Shown here piece after piece: positions 29,212-37,761 of a stretch of 64,000 bases of DNA. The notes beneath the pieces are model-generated. The model did no database searches, was not told where the DNA came from, and saw only the letters and a program-made list of their open reading frames with translations. The stretch is taken from contig CAKZRD010000019.1 in NCBI GenBank assembly GCA_937143345.1, positions 9,116-73,115 on the forward strand. Direction: 5' to 3'. Made by a program: the position numbers and the translations under genes. How positions within the stretch are numbered: position 1 is the first letter of the stretch; every line of letters starts with the position of its first letter. The stretch comes from an uncultured archaeon. Its GTDB lineage: Archaea; Nanobdellota; Nanobdellia; Pacearchaeales; GW2011-AR1.

Positions 29212-29951
29212 GGATAGCTCCTCACAGCGAAGTTAAATTTAATTTTCTCATTTTTTTCTATGACTGAATAAACCTTAACTTCATTATCTGTTCTTGTCTT
29301 TAAAATTTTTATGTTTGGATAAAAAAACATTTGTTGCATTTGTTCGCTATCTCCGTAATATGTTTCAAATTGAATTAAAGACGTTGCTATCATCAAAACT
29401 TCGTAAAGATTTGTTTTGAAATTATAACTTAAGTTTTTAATTGAGGAAGAAGATTCTCCGTGTGAAATTTTTGCTGGAGCGTTTATCTTAATTTTGATTT
29501 CTTTAGGTTCTATTGATACAGAATAAGAAATTTCTCCTTCTTCAACATCTATTCCTCTTCTTTTTAACTCACTTATAGATTTTTTATAACATTTTTCAAA
29601 ATCTTCTTTAATTAATTCTTTCAGTGATTCTTCAAACCTATCTTTTAAAAAAGGTTCTTGATTAACGCAAGGTGTTAGATATTCGTTTGTGTAACATAAG
29701 AAAGTATAATTTTCTCCTTTATAAAAATGAACAAATTTTGGCTCTAAAAATCCTGCTGTTTGAGCAAGAGATTTTATTTTTTTAGAAAGGCTATCATCTA
29801 GACAGCTCTCAAAACTTCTACTAAAACCAAGCGGTAAAGTTAAACCTCTTATAAATTCTGGTTTAAAATAATAAAAAAGAAAAAAAATGCTGAAAATGAA
29901 GATTAACCCAAGTATTATAAATAAAGTAACTTGTCCCCTTTTATTCTCCAT
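29184..29951 (-). CDS. Small membrane-anchored protein with class III (pilin-like) signal peptide; paralog of 34065..34829
   Basis: MENKRG-QVTLFIILGLIFIF has Gln at +1 after K-R-G. 255 aa. Similar length, N-terminal motif and position to its paralog. Confidence 0.45.
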   Translation of the reverse strand: MENKRGQVTLFIILGLIFIFSIFFLFYYFKPEFIRGLTLPLGFSRSFESCLDDSLSKKIKSLAQTAGFLEPKFVHFYKGENYTFLCYTNEYLTPCVNQEPFLKDRFEESLKELIKEDFEKCYKKSISELKRRGIDVEEGEISYSVSIEPKEIKIKINAPAKISHGESSSSIKNLSYNFKTNLYEVLMIATSLIQFETYYGDSEQMQQMFFYPNIKILKTRTDNEVKVYSVIEKNEKIKFNFAVRSYPWPAAGEYP

Positions 29952-29985
29952 TTTTTTAAAAAGAAAATTAGGTTTATAAATTCTT

Positions 29986-32900
29986 TTATAAATTAATAGG
30001 TTTAATTATTGCTGAGCATTGATTTAAAATGTTTAGTTTTTTGTCTCTGCATCTTATATAATAAGTTTCATAAGGATATGCTGTAAAGTTATGTGATCTT
30101 GATAAGTATTTTATTTCACTCGGAAGTTCATAGTTACAAAGAGTTGTTTTGTTTGTATTATAAAAGCATTCTGCTTCCTCGTCTGTTTCTAAAGAAAGTT
30201 TTCCATCTTTGTATAAAGCTCTTTGTATTAAAGGAGGAGTTTCATCAAAGAATACTGAAAAGTTAAAAGTTTCTTCTGCAATATTTCTTGCTTCGTCTTC
30301 ACATTTTACATTGATTGAATAATTACCTTGTGGAAACGTGAGTAATTGATTATGTTCTGTTTTACCTGTTTCAAAGAAATTTATGAACGAAGAAGAAAAT
30401 CCGGGGACATTGTAAGAGCAAAATGCGTTTCCTATGCATCCGAAAGTTCTAACAGAAAGAGTGAAATTTTTTTCCTCTATTAAATTTTTTCTATTTAACA
30501 AAGAAATATTTAATCCATCTTTACAAACATTTAAAACATATTCTTTGCTTACAAAATTAATATTTCTTTTATAATATTCTGTTTCTTCTTTTAAATTTGG
30601 TTGGTCATTACATCTAAAATAAAAAGTGTTTTTCCCTTCTGTTAAATTATCAATCTTTGTAAAACAAGTCCATTCTCCGAGGAAAACGCTTTCTTGTGAA
30701 GTTAAACAAGTCATATTGTTAGACATATCATAGAAACCTTCATTTCCGCTAACTACATCATACTCTTTAACAAAACGGCATTCTGCTGGCTCGTTAAGAT
30801 AAAGAATTACGGATGTTGAATTTGTTCCTTTTTTCAAATAAATCCCATTTGGAGGATTAAATCTTCTTAATTCAGCAGGAGTTAGGTCTGGACCTTGTTT
30901 AACTTTAACTTGAACGACAAATTCTGCTTCATTAACTTGACCTGCAAAATTTAAACATCTTATATAATATTCATTTTCTTCTCCGATTGTTAAACCAAGA
31001 GTATTTTTAGATGCGTTTTTGTCTTTTAAAAAACCGGAAAGTGTTATTTTGTGAGTTAATCCATCAGATTTTCCTGTTTCTGGATTAATATCTGAAATCA
31101 TCTCGAATTTCATTTCATCATAGCTTTTTGTGTGTTCATAATCAATCCTACAAGTTGCTGGTTTGTCAGTTTTTATTCCGAAAGTTAAATCTCCCCAAGC
31201 TTCTATTCCTTCGCCGTTTTTTCCAGCAATTCTAAATCCACTATCTCTTACATTTATATAAGAGTAACCTTCTGTTAAAACTTCTTTCCAAGGAGTTATT
31301 TTTGCTTTCCATATCTCGCTTATAGAATAACAATATCCTGGTTCTCCTTTCTCAATAAAGTAATGACAATTGCTTCCCAGTGATTTACATCTGTATTCAG
31401 AGCAAGGTCGGACGTCGTCGTTGCAAATATCGCAGTTTCCATTTTTTGGTGGTTGCCATGCTTCGCATGAGAAAGACATTATGTAATATTCGTATTCATC
31501 AAAACTATCGTCAAAACAATTTTTATACACTGAAGTAGAGATAGCAGCAACGACGGCTACAGCACAGACAGGATTTATAAAACCAGTCGCCCCACAAATG
31601 GTGCCAGTCAACTTAAGAATAACAACGGTTGCTGAGACAAAAACAGTAGACATTGCGGCCATCAAACCCTCGATAAACTTCCTTTCTAGTCCAGGACTCC
31701 AATTTTGATTCTTAGCAATAAGCTTTCCAAGCTGATATCCAACATAAGACCCAATTATTGCTGTGGCTGCCAAGGTTAAACCAGCTTTTAAATTCATCAG
31801 CCAGTTTGGATTTGTAACAGTCGTACTAACTTTTCTAGTTAAACCTAAATATTTCTGAAGCCCATCTAAAAAGGTAGATCCTGTCTCAAAAAAAGGAACA
31901 GTGCTAGTAGTTGTGACGGAAGTTGTTGTTAGGGCCTTCCAACCACCCATCGCCAATCCTGCCATAGTTAATGGCCCAGCAAAATTAACAATTTCCTGCA
32001 AAGAACTAGAAGAGCTTCCAACACTCACGCCCTTAGAGAGTTCATTTAAATCTATAGTTGTCTTATTTATATCACCAGCAGTCCAGGCACTATCTGCAAT
32101 ATCCGCAGACAAACCGGAGGAGATAGATTTGAGATCATTTAATTTTTTAAAAGAAGCAATGGGTTTTTTAAAAGAAGCAATGTAATCTCCTGGAAGAGTA
32201 TAATTACTAATTGAAATATTCCTATTCTCCCCCTTCCTGTCTATCTTGATTCTTTGAACAGAGAAGCCCGGAAAATCTTCATTGACTTCTCCAATTATAT
32301 TTGAAGAAACACCACAACTTCCCAACGCCCTACATCGCTCATTCATTGCAGACATGAGATTAGGTAGATCTTTTGTCTTTATATTAACATTTGCTCCATC
32401 GATATTGCACTCCCAATTTGCTTCATCTTCCCATGGATCGCAGTCTACATCTTCTGGATTTATTAGTTCTGAGATCCCATAAGAATAAGCACAGAGTGTA
32501 GTACTTATCAATCCCTTCAATTGAAGATTGGTCTCATCGACCATCTGGCATTTTCTTTTTACACTAGATATGCAAGTAAAACTCCCCAAACTACAAATTG
32601 CATTTGTTTCTTCATTGCTTCCACCATAATTTGCTGTGGAGAATTGTTTTTGTTTTTGAGAAGGATTATAGGAATCTGAACCTCTTCCTACAATTTTAGT
32701 ATTGGTATTCCAAAATTGAAAACCTGGAGTAAATCTTGGAACACAATGAGCTAAAAGTTTATTTTGGTCTTTTCCTAAATCATCTATTGCACCTTGTTCT
32801 GCATTTGTTTTTTCTGGATCAAAACCTGCAAGAAATTTACCGTCACTTCTTTTTAATTTATCTTCACCATAAAATTCGTTAAACATAATGCATTGTGGGT

Positions 32901-34068
32901 TTTCTTCGCATTTCTTTTCAACTTCAGAATAAGACTCAGCATCATTTGCATTGAGACAACTTCTCCAATCGTTTATTAAGCATTTTGCCTCAGTGTAACC
33001 TGAATCAGTATTTTGAACACAGATTTCTTGCATGAAATCAGCACACCCCTCTATAGAAATTTGACCCTCGAAACAACGAGCAATAAAATGTCTAGAACCT
33101 ACCGGAGCAATTCCTTCTAACGGATTAAAGTCATAAACACACCAGCTTTCCCCGTGCTTTTTGTTGTTGCAATGCAAGCTTTTGCAAACATAATCTCCTA
33201 ACGAAGGTTTTTGCGTTTTTCCTTTCTCGTATTTTGCACAAATACTTCCTCTAACATAATCGCAATTTCCACACGACGGACTTTCAGGAGAACAAGATTC
33301 TTCTGGAGGAATTGGTTTTTCCCAATAGGTTTGATTGTTTGCTTTGGAAGAATCATAAATGTTTGCTACATTACCACAGGAATCAAGAAAATAAACTTGA
33401 TCTCTATCTTCGACACATGTTGTTTTATTAGTTGGTTTACATATTGTGTTTAATTCTTTTGATGTACATAAATAACCTGGTTTAAAATCTCCTGTTTTAC
33501 AATTTTTTTTTGAAGTATAAACGCAGTTTTTTTCTCCTGAAAAATCCCCTGAATCTGAAAGACACGCTCCTAACTCTTCTAAACCGATATATTTTTCACA
33601 ACTTTCCCCACTCGAAAAAGGAATAAATTTTTTTTCAAAATTATATTTATTCGAAAGAAGAGTACACTCTCTCGAATTAACTAAAGAAACTTGGTTTCCA
33701 AGGATACAACAACCTAATTGACATTGTGGAATGTTGCATGAAATATCATCGCTCCAATTCCCTCCATTTTCTAAACATTTTTGTTTTGGCGACCTTAAAG
33801 AGCAAGTTCCTGTAGAAGAAGAATAACAACAACCAAGTTTGCATTCACCTACTGAAGAGCATTTTGTGGCAAATAGGTTTTCCTTACACAAATCTGCTTG
33901 AAAAAAAGGAATATCTTGGCAAATGGCTCCTTCTTTTGTTTCTCTACAGCAGCCTTTGAATGAGTCGGTTTGTGCGGAAACTAATTCTCTTTCTGAAATT
34001 AAATAGGCAAAACTAAATATTGCTAAAATCAATATTAAAATTTCTAAAAAAGCAATTTTTTTTTTCAT
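29986..34068 (-). CDS. Giant (1360 aa) Cys-rich surface/membrane protein, fused version of the 769 aa + 1052 aa pair
   Basis: Signal peptide. N-terminal Cys-rich region paralogous to the 769 aa protein. Central multi-TM hydrophobic region. C-terminal repeated beta-rich modules ending YYIRC.D..N, paralogous to the 1052 aa protein. No Hint domain. Confidence 0.6.
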   Translation of the reverse strand: MKKKIAFLEILILILAIFSFAYLISERELVSAQTDSFKGCCRETKEGAICQDIPFFQADLCKENLFATKCSSVGECKLGCCYSSSTGTCSLRSPKQKCLENGGNWSDDISCNIPQCQLGCCILGNQVSLVNSRECTLLSNKYNFEKKFIPFSSGESCEKYIGLEELGACLSDSGDFSGEKNCVYTSKKNCKTGDFKPGYLCTSKELNTICKPTNKTTCVEDRDQVYFLDSCGNVANIYDSSKANNQTYWEKPIPPEESCSPESPSCGNCDYVRGSICAKYEKGKTQKPSLGDYVCKSLHCNNKKHGESWCVYDFNPLEGIAPVGSRHFIARCFEGQISIEGCADFMQEICVQNTDSGYTEAKCLINDWRSCLNANDAESYSEVEKKCEENPQCIMFNEFYGEDKLKRSDGKFLAGFDPEKTNAEQGAIDDLGKDQNKLLAHCVPRFTPGFQFWNTNTKIVGRGSDSYNPSQKQKQFSTANYGGSNEETNAICSLGSFTCISSVKRKCQMVDETNLQLKGLISTTLCAYSYGISELINPEDVDCDPWEDEANWECNIDGANVNIKTKDLPNLMSAMNERCRALGSCGVSSNIIGEVNEDFPGFSVQRIKIDRKGENRNISISNYTLPGDYIASFKKPIASFKKLNDLKSISSGLSADIADSAWTAGDINKTTIDLNELSKGVSVGSSSSSLQEIVNFAGPLTMAGLAMGGWKALTTTSVTTTSTVPFFETGSTFLDGLQKYLGLTRKVSTTVTNPNWLMNLKAGLTLAATAIIGSYVGYQLGKLIAKNQNWSPGLERKFIEGLMAAMSTVFVSATVVILKLTGTICGATGFINPVCAVAVVAAISTSVYKNCFDDSFDEYEYYIMSFSCEAWQPPKNGNCDICNDDVRPCSEYRCKSLGSNCHYFIEKGEPGYCYSISEIWKAKITPWKEVLTEGYSYINVRDSGFRIAGKNGEGIEAWGDLTFGIKTDKPATCRIDYEHTKSYDEMKFEMISDINPETGKSDGLTHKITLSGFLKDKNASKNTLGLTIGEENEYYIRCLNFAGQVNEAEFVVQVKVKQGPDLTPAELRRFNPPNGIYLKKGTNSTSVILYLNEPAECRFVKEYDVVSGNEGFYDMSNNMTCLTSQESVFLGEWTCFTKIDNLTEGKNTFYFRCNDQPNLKEETEYYKRNINFVSKEYVLNVCKDGLNISLLNRKNLIEEKNFTLSVRTFGCIGNAFCSYNVPGFSSSFINFFETGKTEHNQLLTFPQGNYSINVKCEDEARNIAEETFNFSVFFDETPPLIQRALYKDGKLSLETDEEAECFYNTNKTTLCNYELPSEIKYLSRSHNFTAYPYETYYIRCRDKKLNILNQCSAIIKPINL

Positions 34069-34829
34069 ATTCCTGCTGGCATCACACAGGTACGAATTGC
34101 AAATTTAATTTCTTTATTGTCTAAGGACTTTAAAGTATAAACTTTTGTTTGATCACCACCCCTAAATCTTTCAATTTTAACATTTCTGTTGAGAGCTTGC
34201 CATATCATAAAATCGAATTCACAAAATGAGCTTTCGTAATTATTTATTGCTTCAGCAGTTCTTAATAAATAAGGAAGAGAAGATTTAACTTTCCCATTTA
34301 AAGAAGAAACAGAAAAAGAAGTTTCTCCTTTAGATATTTTTATTTCTGATTTTAAGTTATAAGAAATTTGTTGTTCCTCGAATATTAATTCAAACAAAAA
34401 AGAATCGTATTCAAAAGAATATCCTTTATTTTCATAATCTTCTTTTAAAATTAAAATTGCCCTTGATAAATCTCTAGAAATTTTATTCTCCATTTTTTTT
34501 CTTATAGATTCAATAAAAAGCGGGGATTGTTGAACGCAAGGAAAATAAAATTCTGTCGAATAACAAGAAAAGGGAACTTTTTCTTCCTTGTATAAATAAA
34601 AAATCTTAAACTCTTCTAAAAATCTTTTTTCCTTAAAGAAGTCTTCTTCATTTTGTTTTATAGAGTTTTCAATACTTCTTTTTATTAATAAATTGGGATC
34701 AGAAGAAGGTCTTTTAAAAAAAGAAATATCTTTGTTAAACAAAAAAAGAAAAAGAATTAAACCAGAAATTAAAACACCTGAAACAATAAAAATTGAAATT
34801 TGTGCTCTTTTTTTAAAAAAAAATTTCAT
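34065..34829 (-). CDS. Small membrane-anchored protein with class III (pilin-like) signal peptide; paralog of 29184..29951
   Basis: MKFFFKKRA-QISIFIVSGVLISGLILFLFLF. 254 aa. 4-nt overlap with the downstream giant gene. Confidence 0.45.
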   Translation of the reverse strand: MKFFFKKRAQISIFIVSGVLISGLILFLFLFNKDISFFKRPSSDPNLLIKRSIENSIKQNEEDFFKEKRFLEEFKIFYLYKEEKVPFSCYSTEFYFPCVQQSPLFIESIRKKMENKISRDLSRAILILKEDYENKGYSFEYDSFLFELIFEEQQISYNLKSEIKISKGETSFSVSSLNGKVKSSLPYLLRTAEAINNYESSFCEFDFMIWQALNRNVKIERFRGGDQTKVYTLKSLDNKEIKFAIRTCVMPAGI

Positions 34830-34849
34830 AAAAAAATCAAGAAAAATTA

Positions 34850-35449
34850 CTATTTAAAACTATCCTTAAAATATCTTTTTATTAAATAATAAGGAAGGCC
34901 AAAAAGGACTATTCCCGGAACAATGGCTATACCTAGTCCTGGAGCAAGAGTAGACACTCCTATAGTCGATAATGTTCCAACTCCAACGCTCTCTAAAAAA
35001 GTATTTGCTTTTTTAATTTTTTTCTCGACATTTTTTTCCAAAGCATCTATCTGAGCAACGATTTTTCCTGCTCTGAAAATTTTTATTTTTTTTTCTTCTT
35101 GAGAAACTAAAATACAAAAGCTGTCTTTAATTAAAGAAGCAGAATAAGCTGCGGCGTGTCTTGTTCCATAACCTGTAAAAACTTTTTTTGATTCTATTTT
35201 CGCTCCGTAATCTAAAACATTCCCTTCTTTATTAATAACAACTGCCCCATCGATAATAGCTAAAGAAAGGAGAATTTTCTTTGCTCCAGGACTAAAAATA
35301 GAAAAAGATTCAAATTTTTGTTTTAACAATCTTTTATATTTACAATTGTCAGAAATAACAAATAATGCTCCTTCCCCTTTTCTCGCAACCTCAATACCGA
35401 CTGAAATTAGGACTTCCTCAATTTTTTTTAAAAGATTTTCTTTTTTCAT
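34850..35449 (-). CDS. Diadenylate cyclase (DAC/DisA_N domain) with C-terminal hydrophobic anchor
   Basis: DAC motifs IDGAVVINKEGNV and GYGTRHAAAYSAS, then CILVSQEEKKIKIF. The C-terminal 40 aa are hydrophobic (GVGTLSTIGVSTLAPGLGIAIVPGIVLFGLPYYLI). Confidence 0.8.
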   Translation of the reverse strand: MKKENLLKKIEEVLISVGIEVARKGEGALFVISDNCKYKRLLKQKFESFSIFSPGAKKILLSLAIIDGAVVINKEGNVLDYGAKIESKKVFTGYGTRHAAAYSASLIKDSFCILVSQEEKKIKIFRAGKIVAQIDALEKNVEKKIKKANTFLESVGVGTLSTIGVSTLAPGLGIAIVPGIVLFGLPYYLIKRYFKDSFK

Positions 35450-35481
35450 TAATTTAATAATAAAAAACTTTATTTAAAAAA

Positions 35482-36201
35482 TTAATCGTTGTCTACTCTC
35501 GGAGCAAGAATAAATGAAATCCCCAATCTATCTCCTGCAAAAATAAGTTTTAATGGATAATTATCTGAAAACATTATTTTTATTTTGTCAGAAATTTTAG
35601 AAGATTTTATAAATTTCATTAAATATTCTAAAGAGTATTTTGCTTTTGCTTCCCCTTTAAATTTGTATTCTTCAGAAAACTCGACTTTAACTGAACTTAA
35701 ACTTCCTTTTGCTTCAATTTTAAAAAGTCCTTCTTTTGAAATAAAAGAACAAGAATCTGCAACAACATAACAGTCCTCTATCGTCTTAGAAAATTCTTGA
35801 GAAGAAATTTCTCCTTCTGTTGAAAATTCTAAATTCGGTTCTTTTTTTTCTTCGATATCATTATCAATTAAAGAAAGATTAAATATCCTCTTCGAAGAGT
35901 CTTCGGACGAAATTTTTAAAATATTTTCTTCTTGTTCAAAGTCGATGGTTGGGGAATTGTAAGCTCTTTTCAAAATTCTTTTAAAATCTTCAAGGTTTAT
36001 TGAAAGCTCCTCGTTTTCCACCTCATAAAATGAAAAACTCTCTTTTGGCATTTTGAAAATAACCATTGCCACATTTGCAGGGTCAACAGCAACTAAAAAC
36101 AAACCATCTTCTAAAAATTTTAATTTTACTTCTACAACAAGTTCAGAAATTATGTTTATTGCATCAATAAAATTTTTTGGATTTTCTAGTCTAACTTTCA
36201 T
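35482..36201 (-). CDS. pcn: DNA polymerase sliding clamp PCNA
   Basis: 239 aa in two-domain PCNA layout. N-terminal MKVRLENPKNFIDAINIISELVVEVKLKF is characteristic of archaeal PCNA. Acidic C-terminus. Confidence 0.85.
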   Translation of the reverse strand: MKVRLENPKNFIDAINIISELVVEVKLKFLEDGLFLVAVDPANVAMVIFKMPKESFSFYEVENEELSINLEDFKRILKRAYNSPTIDFEQEENILKISSEDSSKRIFNLSLIDNDIEEKKEPNLEFSTEGEISSQEFSKTIEDCYVVADSCSFISKEGLFKIEAKGSLSSVKVEFSEEYKFKGEAKAKYSLEYLMKFIKSSKISDKIKIMFSDNYPLKLIFAGDRLGISFILAPRVDND

Positions 36202-36279
36202 AAAATAAAAATAAACTTTCTATTTATAAATATTGTTATAAAAAGGAACCTATTTAAATAAAAGAAGAAATATTTTTTT

Positions 36280-37761
36280 ATGGAAAAAGAAAGCAAAATA
36301 AAATTAGTTTATTTAGGTTATTATTCAAGAAAAGAAATAAAAAAAACAATATTTGAGTTTTGTAAAAAAAGAGAAACGATACCTAAGTATTATGATTTTT
36401 TTGGAAAAAGACCTGACAGATTAGAATATGAAGATGATGTTTATAATCTTGCAAAAAAAGGAGCTACTAGTTTTCATTGCTCTCAGGAACTTTGGGGAAA
36501 TCCACTTAATATAAAAACGGAAAAAAATTTAAATGAATTGAGGGAAGGTTGGGATTTTTTAATAGATATAGATTCAAAATATTTTGATTATGCGAAAATT
36601 TCTGCTAAAATAATAATAAATGCTTTGAAATTTCATGGAATAAGAAATTTTGGGATCAAATTTTCAGGATCCAAGGGCTTTCATATAATCATTCCTTGGA
36701 AAGCATTCCCCGAGGAATACGATGGAGTAAAAACAAAAAACATGTTTCCTGAATGGCCAAGAATAATTGCAAAATATCTTCAAGAAGAATTTATTAAAAA
36801 GAACTTAGAAAGTTATATTGAAAAAAATGCAAAAGAAGATTCTCCTAAGGAAATTTTTTACCTTCCAACTAATGAAAAAGCACTTGAAGGTTTTTTTTAC
36901 GAATTTGTTTGTGAAAAATGTAAAACAAAGATTACTTCTTTCTTCGATAAAAAAACAAAAAAAAGAGTTTTTAAATGTTCTGTATGCAAAGGTTTAATTA
37001 AAAAAATTAAAGAAGAAAAAATTTATTTTTCTCCAGACAAAAAATTCAATTCTATAAAGAATAAAGAAATGTTTAAAGAAAAGATTAATAATCAAAAAGA
37101 TCTTAATTGTGTTGATTTGGTTTTGGTTGCACCAAGGCATTTGTTTAGAACACCTTATTCTCTTCACGAAAAAACCTCTCTTTGCTCCTGTGTTTTAGAA
37201 GAAAAAGATTTGGAAAATTTCTCACCTAACGACGCGAAACCAGAGAATATAAAAATAAAAAATTTTTATCCTATAGCGAAAGAAGAAGAAGCAAAGAAGC
37301 TTTTGATAAATGCTCTTGACTGGGAAAAAAGAAAAGAAAAAAAAGATTATACTTTAAAAGAAAAAAAAGAGATTGATTTAAGTGGAATAAAAATTGATGA
37401 GAGTTATTTTCCTCCGACGATATTAAAAATTCTTCAGGGGATAAAAGAAGATGGGAGAAAAAGAGCTTTAACTATACTACTTTCTTTCTTTGTTTCTTTA
37501 AATTTGTCTAAAGAGTATATAGAAGAAAAAATTAATGAATGGAATAAAAAAAACTATCAACCGTTAAAAGAAGGTTATATTAACTCGCAGATAAGTTGGT
37601 TTTTAAAAAATAAAAGATTACCACCGAACTATGATAGGTCAATTTACAAGGAATTAGGGGTTTTAGAAGAAACGGAAGGTTTTAAAAATCCAATTAATTA
37701 TACTATAAGTAAAATATTAAAAAAAGAGTTACAAATAAAGAATAATAAAAAAATAAAATGA
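36280..37761 (+). CDS. priS: DNA primase catalytic subunit PriS with C-terminal helical extension (PriL-CTD/PriCT-like)
   Basis: Catalytic Asp motif WDFLIDIDSKY. SGSKGFHIIIPW (the SGxRGFH signature). Zn knuckle CEKCK...CSVCKG. The C-terminal ~150 aa (ILQGIKEDGRKRALTILLSFFVSLNLSKEYIEEKINEWNKKN) resembles a primase C-terminal helical domain without an Fe-S Cys cluster. Confidence 0.75.
   Translation: MEKESKIKLVYLGYYSRKEIKKTIFEFCKKRETIPKYYDFFGKRPDRLEYEDDVYNLAKKGATSFHCSQELWGNPLNIKTEKNLNELREGWDFLIDIDSKYFDYAKISAKIIINALKFHGIRNFGIKFSGSKGFHIIIPWKAFPEEYDGVKTKNMFPEWPRIIAKYLQEEFIKKNLESYIEKNAKEDSPKEIFYLPTNEKALEGFFYEFVCEKCKTKITSFFDKKTKKRVFKCSVCKGLIKKIKEEKIYFSPDKKFNSIKNKEMFKEKINNQKDLNCVDLVLVAPRHLFRTPYSLHEKTSLCSCVLEEKDLENFSPNDAKPENIKIKNFYPIAKEEEAKKLLINALDWEKRKEKKDYTLKEKKEIDLSGIKIDESYFPPTILKILQGIKEDGRKRALTILLSFFVSLNLSKEYIEEKINEWNKKNYQPLKEGYINSQISWFLKNKRLPPNYDRSIYKELGVLEETEGFKNPINYTISKILKKELQIKNNKKIK

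Noticed and set aside
31901-33453. Plus-strand ORFs 31901..32185, 32282..32482 and 33211..33453
   Set aside because: They are antisense within the 1360 aa gene. The first merely mirrors the 18-bp tandem duplication.
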